From: Bilabrum cf. latius
Taxonomy: Eukaryota
Reading direction: 5' to 3'
DNA length: 64,000 bases
NCBI GenBank assembly: GCA_965178125.1
Contig: OZ237739.1
Coordinates: 1 to 64,000, forward strand
Position numbers and translations under genes: made by a program
Notes under the pieces: model-generated
Seen by the model: only the letters and a program-made list of their open reading frames with translations
The model's database searches: none
What the model was told of the DNA's origin: nothing
Shown: piece by piece, positions 37,144 through 47,789 of the stretch
Layout of the letters: the number at the start of each line of letters is the position of its first letter
How positions within the stretch are numbered: the first letter of the stretch is position 1

Positions 37144-39212
37144 TCAACTGGCTGCGCTGAAGCCGCGAGCCCAGCTCGACGCGTACTCATGCATGTCAAA
37201 GAGTGGCCATTTCCGCAGCGAATTCGAGGACAAGTATCTTGTGATAGCCCGCTGCAGCTTCTCGCCGCGTGTCGCAAGAGAGCCCTAGCCATATCGACCT
37301 AATCCGCGCCCATCTTCAAACTGGTCCTGCATATTCTGGTCTGTATACTCAGCAAACTGGTCTTCTGGTATCTACCTAACGTAGGACGCATCAGTTGACG
37401 TTGGGCTCTACGGACAATGCCTTGATGAGTTATCCGGTTCCTGCAGAACAATTTCATGTGTGGCTTCGTCCACCTTCCAGCGAGCTTCATTTAGGGCTTC
37501 CATTTCAGTAGGAAACCCCTTGGTATTCCTTGGAACCTCAACCGATCGCACCTACCTGGCAGTCAACGAGCGCAGCTCTCCTGTCGCAGCACGTAGAGTT
37601 TCAGCGTGCAGCCTCATCTCGGTACTCAAGAAAGATGTCCCCTCGAAGCTTCGAATTATTGCCTCTCTGGACAGTTCCTGGAAGTGGTACTTTCCGTCAG
37701 TCCCTTTCCTCAGCTCAGAGAGAGCACCGAATGGCAAGGGGGCATAGCTGCCGTCGTGCGACGCAGTGATATCGAATCTGGTCGCACCATCTCGCACAGC
37801 CTGCATGAGAGCAACCACCCAGGCAGGTCGTGCCCAGTCGATTGGGTCATCCATATCGGCATACTTGGGCACCAAACGTAGGAAATTGTTCAGTACAACC
37901 GTGATCAAAGACTGGTAGTACGCCTGATCGTACTAACGTGTTGTGTCTCGCATTTTGCCAAAACGGCTCTTCAGGATTCCGAAACCGTGCTCCACAATTA
38001 CTCTAAATCCACTAAGCACTGCGTTTGCTTTGGCAACGAGTGCTGCCCAAGCCACGGAAGATTTCTAGCCTAAAATCTTCTTTCCCTGAGCTGCTGCAGG
38101 CTTCAGCAGACAGGCGCTTCTGCTGTATGCACTATCGCCGATAATCCAGAGTGGGGTGCCAGTATGAACCGGGAAAGGATACTCACCCGACTCAAATCGC
38201 TATTTCAAGAAACTTCGGGAGTTTTTCATCGTAGCGCGGCCATTTACGCGGACCGTTTCGAACCTGTCCGCTAGCGCCTTCGCCATCTGTTTGTGGAATG
38301 AATGCTTCTTGAGCAGAGTCGAATCGTGCACTGAAGCAGAGTATCCGATACAGGCGTCCCTTACTATCCGCCTACAGTCCGTTATTGCAGAAATGGTCAT
38401 GCCAACTCCCTTGTGTCCCATTAGGTGCCTTTCACCGTCAGTAGGCGCACCGCACGGCACGAAGCAGCCGTCAGTGGCCATGAGGCACCCTGGAATGCAC
38501 GAATCGAATGTACTTGTATAAAGTCCGAGTCGAAGCAGCTCCCTGCCACGCGGCAAAGCGACGCAACGCGAAGCAAGACTATTGTCTGGTTTGCCTTCCA
38601 TCGCCATTCCCTCATCAACAGACATGCGTCGCTCGGTGAGCAGCCCGAATATTGCTCGAGAGACCATTACAAAAGCGTTGGTCATCTAGGGTTTTGGGAT
38701 ACCCCAGCTAGTCTCCGCCATTCGGTATCCACCTTCTGCGCCATAGGAGCTGAGCAATGCACTCGCAGAAGAACAGCATATGCACGGCGCCAACAAGGCA
38801 CAAGATGAACCCGGTAAATCTTACTGTTTCTAAGTGTTGCTAGAAAGAGGGTTATCGTTTGATCGATCGAAAGCAATCGGGGGCGTCCGGTCCGCCGCTT
38901 CCAGGCTGGCTCGAGCCACGGCAGGATACACAGCTTGAGCGCTTTGAACTGGTCTGGCGTAAATCCCGTCGTGTTAAAGAATCTAATGTCTTCAAAAACA
39001 CCAGGAGGCTGTATGGTGCCATTCTCACGGGTACCTTTGAGCTGCTACACCCTAGCAGGGTCCCGTTCGTACCTCCCTCGCATGTCTGCTTGGGCATCTG
39101 CTTCTTTGCGCTAACGATCGAACTCTACGACTATGGTAACGTAAAGTTGATTGTTCAAATTAATTAACGCAAGCAAAAGCACTATCAGTAGGGCCTTGTT
39201 GCCTCGTGGCAT
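37144..39212 (-). CDS. Harbinger/PIF (HARBI1-like) DDE transposase
   Basis: Motifs FFNTTGFTPDQF, GCLMATDGCFVP, SVHDSTLL, WIIGDSAY, RVIVEHGFGILKSRF and VLNNF. One intron at ~38736-38824, 10 in-frame TAGs, TGA stop. Confidence 0.9.
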
Positions 39213-39397
39213 GCTGGTTGAAACTAACCCAGAAAATTTAATTCGAACCGAGCACGAAATTGGATTAAAATGTGCAATTTAATTATTAATTTAATCCGGA
39301 TTCGGAGTTTCGAGACAGCACTTCATTCGTTCGCCACCACTTCTCGAAAGAGACAGTTTCAGGCTAACACAAACATACTGAGTTGACATCTTATCTC

Positions 39398-39670
39398 ATG
39401 GCAAGCGTCGCTAGCGTTGTGGAACATAATCCGGAGGTGTGTTTCAAGTTTTTCTTGTTTTCGGCTCTCATGGTAGTAGCGCCTGCTGTTTGTTTTGCTG
39501 TTGCATGGCAGGTCTTCGAGACAACTGTTGACCAAGCAGGAGTTGCCGCGTTTGTGTCTGTGAATATTGTCATGGCAGCCTACGTAGTTATGGCTGTGTA
39601 TGAAAAGCCGCCGGAGAGCACAACACCCGCAAAGCGGCCAGTGGTCGCCAGCGAGAAGAAAGGCCAGTGA
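39398..39670 (+). CDS. VMA21: V-ATPase assembly factor VMA21-like
   Basis: Two TM helices (KFFLFSALMVVAP; AAFVSVNIVMAAYVVMAVYE) and a C-terminal KKGQ ER-retrieval motif; TGA stop. Confidence 0.8.
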   Translation: MASVASVVEHNPEVCFKFFLFSALMVVAPAVCFAVAWQVFETTVDQAGVAAFVSVNIVMAAYVVMAVYEKPPESTTPAKRPVVASEKKGQ

Positions 39671-39673
39671 AGC

Positions 39674-42181
39674 TCAGGTGCTGCCCCCTAGTCCCCCGAC
39701 CCAGTCCAGCAGGTCATCAACATCATCAACCTTGGGACTTGCCTAGGTGCCATCCGGATGGGCTTGTTCGTCTTGCTGCTGCTACGACTGCGGCGGTGGC
39801 GATGCAGCCCCGCGATCTCCGACAGCCTCTCGCCCGGCTTTGGCTTTGCTCGCATTGCTCTGGATGGCTCGCATGCGCAAGTACGCCGACCGAGATGCGG
39901 CTGCCACAGCAGCAGGCAATGGGGCCGCCTTGCTCCTGACGGGTTTGTGACCAGAGTCGCTGCCCCCGCTGCCAGGAGCCGATTTGCCCTCGGACGACTG
40001 ATCGCCAGTCGGGATCCTGCCCGAATACATGAGTTTGTCAGCAGTGGGAGCAGCCATCGGTGCTACAGTGCCCACGGCTGGATTGGCGCCGCTGCCACTG
40101 GCACTGGCCACAGACCCGGTGCTGTCGTGGCCCTGGGCAGGAGCCCCCTTGAGCCGACTGACCTCCTCCTCCAGCTGCCGCTGGGCGTGGGCCTGCTCCG
40201 CGAGCGCCGTGGACAGCCGGGCCTGCTCCTCGGCCTGTGTGGCAAGGAGCTGCAGCAGCTGCTGCACGTCCACACCAGTGCTAGTGCTAGCGCTAGTGTT
40301 GGTAGCCTGTGCTGCCTGTGTGCCCTGGGCCTAGGGCCCGCGCTCCCGCTGCCACCCGTTCCGCTGCAAAGATAGCGGAGTCCCTGATGGTGACCCGCTC
40401 GGGGGGTCGCGGGAACCTCCCCAACGCCGGCCGGCGGCATCAAACGGTTGGCTCTGGCCACGGTACATTGGCGTGTCGGGTTGTCCCCGCCCCTCTTCCG
40501 GACTGTAGAATCCCTCCGGTGCCCCCGCAGTGCCATGCACCTCACCCCGACTCCCCGGCCGCAGGGCCTCCTCCCCGACAGTCCCCCGGAGCGCGCTCTC
40601 GATGCGCCGCCTCCGGTCGAGGTCTGCAGCTGACAGAACGGAGGACACGGAGCCCCGCCTAGCACTGGCACTGGCACTGGCACTAGCACCAGCACCAGCA
40701 CGGGGCCCAAACCCAGGGCTGGCTGACTGCGAGGGTTCACCCGCGTCTACTCGGATGGGGGAGCGGGGCGGCGACAGCGCGGAGGATCCGGGTGGAGGAG
40801 AGGAGCGGGGGCGGCCCTGATTCTGGGACTGCCGGGACTGGGTACTTGCCCGAGCCTGTGGGCTGGGGCTGGGTTCAGGTCGCCCGCTGGCAAGCTGTTG
40901 TTGATGTGCTTGAGCTTGTGCTTGATCCAGAGCTCCAGTCCTATCCATCCGCTCTTTCCCCCACTGCGATGCCTCTTTCGCTCTCCCACTCGCCCACACA
41001 GCCCGCTTCCTCTCCAGTTCTGCCAGCCTGTCAGCCGCCGAGGCAGGCGCCCGCGTGCCACTCCCACTCCCAGTCCCTACTCCTGCCCCAGTCCCTGTCG
41101 CCATCCCTGTCCCTGTCCCTGCCCCAGCCCCCCACCCCGCCCCTTCACCTCCAGCAGCACCCGCGTTGCTCGAGCCCCCCTTGGCCAGAACCGAGGCGGG
41201 CAGCTCCACCCCGCCGCTCGTGCGCACCACCAGTCTCCCCCGCCCGCTTGCCGGGTCCCGCACCTCTGCCACCCGTGCGCTCAGCAGGGCCAGCTGCACC
41301 GCACGGGTCTCCGCGCTCGCGCCTTGGACCCCCGCGCTGCCGTCCAGCTCGGCTCGAGCTCGTGCCTGCGCACCACGGAGCCGCGCCTGCAGCTGATCGC
41401 GATTCATCTCTCCGCGGGGCGCTGGCTCATGCTCGCCGGCGACGGCCGAGCCAGCTTGCTGTGGCCTCCAAGTGGCTGGGACCCTGCTGTCGGCAGCTCT
41501 GGCGGGCAGTCGTGGCGCACGAGAGTAAGTCTGCTATGATGCATCTTCACTAGCTCCAACAGAGCGCTCCTGTCGAGCACGTGAGGTGGAGGCAAGTACG
41601 GGAGGCTCCGCCCGGGCCCAAGACGGGGTATGACCAGGATGACTGCCCGCTCTGCGCAATGCACCACGCTCAGCGCCTGCAAGTGCATGTGTAGCCTAGC
41701 GTATCGCAGTACGCATGGCACCAGGGGGCTGTCGTTTCGCCGACGGCCAGCGAGATTGTGCCTGCCCCATGGCGCTTCGCCCTGCCGCCGCGATCCTCCG
41801 CCTTCCACGAGCTCTATCCGCTACCCCACCGCGCTGGAATCCGCGAGAATTTTGAGATAGGCTACGTAATCGACTTGCATTCTAATGTGAGGTTGCTGAG
41901 CTTGGCATTTGCATCCTGACTGGCGGACGACTTTCAATCCGTTGCTGTGCATCCTCCGAGAAGGTCGAGAAGGACCCAGGAGACACCAAGCTTCTCGGCG
42001 TTGCCGCCCCCTCTGAGTACGCATGTTGAGGTGGAACGTGTGCGGATGGGTTTTTGCCCTGCCTCGCCCATGCCTAGTCTTGACTTTCGCGGATGTGACC
42101 TGGAGCAGGAGCAATGCCAGGGCGCACCAGGGGCCCATCACGCCTGGTGCCAAAGCTTCTGCCCGCATACTAGGCTTTCAT
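39674..42181 (-). CDS. Hypothetical ~835-aa low-complexity protein
   Basis: Continuous frame from ATG 42181 to TGA 39674 with at least 8 TAGs (e.g. 40331, and 39782 within QS*QQQ). Ends in VDDLLDWVGGL. Confidence 0.65.
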
Positions 42182-42652
42182 TTTGAACAACTGATATTCT
42201 TGCCATGGTCCAAGGTACATTACGGGCTACTGACGCTGCAAGAAACAGGCCCATGCTGGCAGAACCCGGAATGCGCTCCAAGCAACGCTGCACGCTGCGT
42301 TAGGACAGTACCTGTGGCAGTCTCAAGTTTCACGTTTAGTTCTAATTTGGGATTCAACACATACAAGCGAGCCTACAAGGAGCCACACGGCAGAAACAGT
42401 GAAGGGAAACAGAGTAACGCAAAGACCATGCAGAAGCGCTGGACCGGGGCAGTGCAGGCCATGGCGGCAGCTGGCTGGCGCTGGCCCACTACTGAGCAAT
42501 GCACTGCTGCAGCAGCTGCGACCGATCCTGTGCGAACCGCTCCGACTTCGCTCGGGCCGGTGCTTGGTGGTCCTGCTGGTGTGAGCGATCGCGGGTCCGA
42601 GGTGCTGCACGTGAGGCTCGCGTGGCGCCGATCCTTTTGCGTCCAGCGCCGG

Positions 42653-44598
42653 TCACTGCGACGAAGGGATCGGGAACGGCCCGTGGTTCTCCTGCACGAA
42701 GTGCACCGTATCGATGACATCCCCCGAGGGAGTCTGCACGAAGCTCCAGTCCGCATGGGACCCGTTCAGCACCTCGAGCACGCCGAACCCGTACACGTTG
42801 GCCTGGAAGGCAGACCACGCGGGAGGGTTGGGCCCCCACTTGTCCTAAAGCTCAGGACAGCCTGCTGCACCTGTAATAATATGCGTCTGCGATGTCGATG
42901 CAAATGCCATGATGCGCGGATGGTGTGCAGGAGCGAGTCAAGCCGAGGACAGCACAAATGGGGTGCAGCCAGGCAGGCAGGCAGCCAGGCAGGACTCACG
43001 GGCAGGCCCGGGTTCTCGTAGGGCTTGGGTCCGCCCTCGAAGGTCTCGTTCCACACCGGGTACGTGCGGCTGTACGAGTGCTCGTGCGCGGCGAATGCCA
43101 AGTCCACGCCGTACTTCATGGCCAGGGGCTCGAGGCCGTATGTGCCGTTGCGGATGACGCTGCGCTCCCCGTGGTGGCAGTCGTCGTTGTCGTCGCTGCG
43201 GTGTGAGGTCGACTATGGGGAAATGTACGGCTTGTTGCGAGTGTGCGCGTGACCGTCCCGACATGGGGCAGTGGTTAGCGAGAGTGCGCAAGCTAGACCT
43301 ATGCCTCTCTCACTTGGGCGCGCACATCATGGGCCGATGGAAGCACATGGCCATCCACCCGGGCCCCGATCCCTGCTGCCTGGCCTGGTTGGCCCTCTGC
43401 AGGTCCTCCTCCAGCCAGGCGTACTGCTGGGGGAGCATGTCCTTGCCGTGGGCACCAGAGTAGAAGTACACCTCCGAGCTGATCATGGAGAAGTGTGCGT
43501 GACCCAGGTCCAGGGAATGGTAGAGGGAGCCTCCTGTGGTCTTGGACCAGCTGTTGGTGGGCATGGCCGGGAACCTGGCGCGGTACTGCTTGAAATCTGC
43601 GAGGAGGAGGAGGAGGAGGAGGGCGGGTGCGCGTGCGTGTTTTCGGGCAAGGTGGAAGAGTCGAGTCGCGTTGCAGGTGCTTGCCATGCCATTCGGTTTT
43701 TGATGGATGATAGCTAGTGGAGCCATTGTCCCGCTCGTGCGAAAGGCACCGCAGGTGGAAGCTCAGCTTCCATTCCACCCGACAACCTGCCTGCCTCACC
43801 CTCGTCTGCCTCGTGGTTGCCAGGGTCCGTGTGGTAAGGCACGATTGCGGCGATGTCCTGGATCGTCTGCATCCACGTGTCTCCAAGATGGCCACTCTCG
43901 TCGTGCAAGTCGTCTGCGATGTCGATGCAAATGCCATGATGCGCGGATGGTGTGCAGGAGCGAGTCAAGCCGAGCACAGCGCTGTGGGGTGCATGCAGCC
44001 AGGCAGGACTCACAGGCGAAGTCGCCGCAATGGAGGATGGCGTCAATCTTGCCGTTTTCCGCGTAGTCCTTCAAGATAGGGAGGCTGACTTCATTGACGA
44101 GGCCCATATCACCGAAAATGGCGATCCGTGGCTACCAGTCCATCGTATCAGGTGCGGTTTTGAAGTGATATTGTGGGGAAATCGCGCTTGATCCCGCCGA
44201 AAAGCAGCCAACTTCATAATCATATGCGGTCTCTGGCTTCAAGCCGGACAACTTTACCTGCTCGATCCGTAAATGGGCAGCATAGGTTCGTACAAGGTGC
44301 TGCACCTTCAGTTGCACTTTCAGCTGAATCGCATACAAAAGTGCTCAGTGCTCACCACATGGATGGTTTGGGTGGGCGCATCGAATGGATTTGAAGTTCC
44401 ATTTTGGATCTTCCATTCCTGCTGGCCTTTGACCCCAAAGCGTACCTGGGTGCAGGTCATGTTCGGGGTCGACCAGGTGATATGCATTGATGAGGCGGCG
44501 CCTGCGTCTCCATAGTTGATGTGCAGTTGCCAGGGTGTAATGTCAGCAGATCGTACTAAAGCGCTGCAAAGAGCAAGCACGACAAGGCTAGAGCGCAT
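42653..44598 (-). CDS. Purple acid phosphatase (ACP7-like metallophosphoesterase), secreted, ~5 introns
   Basis: Signal peptide and FN3-like N-terminus; motifs GDMG, GDFAYD, PGNHE, HRPM, AHEHSYSR and HIITGAAG; TAG at 42845; TGA stop. Confidence 0.9.
42887..42999 (-). other. Spliceosomal intron B (introner-like, similar to 43914-44013)
   Basis: GTGAGTCCTGCCTGGCTGC...CATCGACATCGCAG; removing it restores NPGLP|THIITG. Confidence 0.85.
43914..44013 (-). other. Spliceosomal intron A (introner-like, similar to 42887-42999)
   Basis: GTGAGTCCTGCCTGGCTGC...CATCGACATCGCAG; removing it restores GDFAY-D. Confidence 0.85.
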
Positions 44599-44721
44599 TT
44601 TGTTAGGCGTGTGGACCGAGCCAGAATAAAGCTAAATCGGATTCTTGGCCCATTTATTATAGGGTGCCATTATTCGACAGCTTAGCGTTTTCCTATTGTT
44701 TTGCCCCATTGGGAGCACGCA

Positions 44722-47671
44722 ATGTCATTGGCTGGTGGATAGCGAACATTTGATATCTAGGAAGCATAGCGCGGTGAGGAGGTCCAGAGTAGATGCCAAG
44801 AAGCGCAAAAATCCAAGCAGCAGCTGTGACAACTGTCTTGAAGCATGCGTACCCGCACTCCCACCATTCGCAGATGCATTTGTGCAGGCGTTAGCCCTAG
44901 CCGATGGACGAGACGTCGATGGAAGCCCCGGCTAGGATCCATACGGCAAGGCTCCGGCTGCCCTTGAGTCTGATGGCAGCCCAAGCCGAGCCTGGGGCGA
45001 TGCTTGGAAGGTCCTCGTGCTGGACCCGTTCGCCAGAGCGGTCGTAGCGCCCCTCCTTCCAGTCTAGTAGCTGCGACGCATTGGTGTCACCCTGCATCTG
45101 CCACTTGAAGCTGCTCGCGAGAGCATCCCGGACGCCCCGGCCGTGTATGTCACCAGGCCGCGACCACCCGAGCTGGCTCGACTTGCGGTGGACCTAGCAT
45201 GGAGTAGCGCGGATGCCTGCAAGTCCGCACTAAGCGCTAGCACAGGGCCCAGCGCCAGCGCTGCCTCCACCTCCGCCACCTCCGCGCTGACATCCTCGTC
45301 TGCCCTGGCGGCTGCCTGGCCCGCCATCCGAGACGCGGCTCCGGGGGCGGCACCGGCCGGGGCAGACGCCGGGGCAGCAGCTGTGGAGGGCGCGGATCAG
45401 CCGCAGCCCCCGGGTCTGTACGGCGGGACCCACCTGCTGCTGTCGCATCCTTGCCCCCGGCCTCAGCTGGAGGAGCTCGCGGGGAGGGTGGCAGCGGCGG
45501 ATGATGCTGTGGCACGCAGGGCGCTGGGTGCCGGCCTAAGAGGAGGTTCTTCTCCCCCAGCCCCCTCAAATGCCCCCAGGGAGCTGCCCCCCGGTGTGGT
45601 GCTCCCCTCCCAGTCCCTCCTCAGCGTGCGGGAGGCCCCCCTCGGGTTCCTCGCACCCCTGCCCACGCTCTTCCACCTCGCGCAGCCCGGCATCTTCAGG
45701 CTGCTCACCGCACCGTCTGCCACGGAGCCGGCGGTCAAAGCAGCCGTCCGTGCCTCGGCGGAGGGGCTGGCGGCCGCCCTCGCCGCCCTGGACGCACCCG
45801 CCGAGATCGCCTCTCCCCCGGACGGGCCCGCCGCGGCTGTGGCCCAGGAAGCCGCGGAGATCATGAGGGCCGCGGGGCGGGCGGGGCACGGGGCTTTCAG
45901 GCAGAGGGGCGGGGCTGGGCCCGCTGCGATCTCTCGGGACAGGCCACTGGTGGTGGTGCTGGACCGGGGGGCCGATTTGGCGGCTGCCCTGCGGCACCCA
46001 GGGACCCTGGCCGGGCTGCTGGGGGAGGCAGTGGGCTCGCTGGGGCAGGCGGGCACTAGGGTGAGGACCAGCATGGACGTGGCCAGGCCGGCGGGGAGCG
46101 GCGCGGGCGGCGGGGCCGGTGCGGGGAGCAGCGAGGGGGAGGCCGGTGGCGGGCTGGGCACTCTGTTCGCAGGGCTGGTCGGTGGTGCGGCCGGTGCAGG
46201 GGCGGGAGCCGGCGCGGGTGCAGGCGCGGGCGGGGCTGCAGAGGTGGTGCAGGTGGATCTGGATGCGGGCGATTCGTTCTGGTCGCGCGCAGCCGGGCTG
46301 GAGTGGACCGCGGCGGTGCAGGCGCACAAGCGGGCGCTGGACGAGGTGGCGGCCCGGGAGGCGAAGGTCCGGAGCCAGGGAGAGGGCGGGGGTGCGGCCG
46401 CGGGGTCCGGTGCGGGGGCGGGGGCAGAGGGTGGCGACCTGCACGAGGCACTGAGCTCGCTGCCTGCCGTGTTGCGCAGCAAGGAGCGGCTGGCGAGGAT
46501 GGGCAAGCTGCTGCGGGCCGTGGACAGGCGCATGGGGCTCCGGTCGCTGGACAAGTTCTTCCTGCTGGGGCAGGAGAGCGTGGCGGGGCCGGGGGCGGGC
46601 TCCATGGAAGGGGAGCAGGTAGTCCAGATGGTGGCGGGCGAGGTGGACGCCACTGACGCGGAGGAGGAGGGAGGCCCCAGTGGCGGAGGGGCGGGAGCGG
46701 CGGAAGGGGAGGGCGCTGACGACCGGGCGTGCGGGGCGGGGTCGCTGTCGGATCGCGCGCGACTGGCCTGTCAGTTCGTGGCCACTGTTAGCGAGAGATC
46801 GGCTCGGCAGCTGGTGGAGAAGGCCGAGGGCGGCGGCGCTGGGGGTGCCGGCAATGCCGACGAGGCAGCGGGCGCCCTGTGGGAGCGGCTGGCAGACGTG
46901 CTCTGCGGGGCGCTGGAGGCAGGCGCGGGCAAGGTCAGCGGCAGGGTGCAGGCCGCCACGACGTCCCTCCTGTGGGCCGGGGACCTCGAGCTGGCCGGGG
47001 GCCCAGACCCCATGCCGCAGGCCTCGGTGGCCGTGCCCGCCTCTGAGGCAGAGGCCTCCCCTGCCCCTGGCCCGGGCACCCCCGGCTTCGAGGACGAGCT
47101 CAAAGCGGCGCAGGACGCGGTGCTCTTCTGCGCAGAGCAGCGGCGCGTGGTGGATCTGCTCGCGGCGCAGCACAGGGGCGGGGAAGGGGGGGCCCCGGGG
47201 GCTGGACGCGCGATCGCGGCTGCGCTGGGCGAGGGCGCGGGCGCGCAGTGGCTGGCTGGGCTGGGGTCCCACGTGGACACGCTGCTCGCCTCTGCCTCCA
47301 AGCACATCGGGAGGCTGGTGGAGGGGGACGCGCGGGCCCCGCTCACGAGGCTAGTGGCGGCGGCTGCGGGGGACGCCGAGAGTGGCTCCGTGGGGGGCCC
47401 TGCGGCGGAGCAGGCCGATTCGCTCCGGGTGGTGGATCCCGCGGGAGGCAAGGCGGGGAGGGTGGGGCGGGGCACGCCCCGGCGGCGCGTGATCGCGTAC
47501 TTTGTTGGCGGCGTGACGATGGGCGAGTGGTCCGACCTGCAGCGGTGGGGCCGCGCCGCCAAGCCGCCCAGAGAGATCATCGTGGGAGGCACCTGCCTGC
47601 TGGAGCGGGAAGCGCTGCTGCGCGACATGGCCCGGATCGGGAAAGAGGCCAGAGCCAGGCGAAGAGGGTGA
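44722..47671 (+). CDS. SLY1: Sec1/Munc18 family protein, Sly1/SCFD1-like
   Basis: WKVLVLD...APLLPV**LRRIGVTLHL...IPDAPAVY, RPLVVVLDRGADL and VIAYFVGGVTMGE...IIVGGT. One 5' intron; TGA stop. Confidence 0.85.
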
Positions 47672-47789
47672 TCCTGGATGGTATTGATCTGGCACGATAG
47701 GATGAATGAAGACGCTACTCTATATTGTACGTATATTTCCGCAAGCCTAGGGCTAGCATCGCATCCAGGATTCGTCAGTCCACGCGAGT

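Larger units (their letters stand above)
33412..39322. mobile_element. Full-length PIF/Harbinger DNA transposon (~5.9 kb)
   Basis: Imperfect TIRs (AGCCGTGTCTCGAAACCGAAAATCGGGATTA versus reverse complement AGTGCTGTCTCGAAACTCCGAATCCGGATTA). 3-bp TSD TCA at 33409-33411 and 39323-39325. Two convergent genes, one of them a DDE transposase. Confidence 0.88.

Noticed and set aside
37144-39212. Domesticated HARBI1-like host gene
   Set aside because: TIRs, a TSD and a partner ORF are present, which indicates a true transposon.
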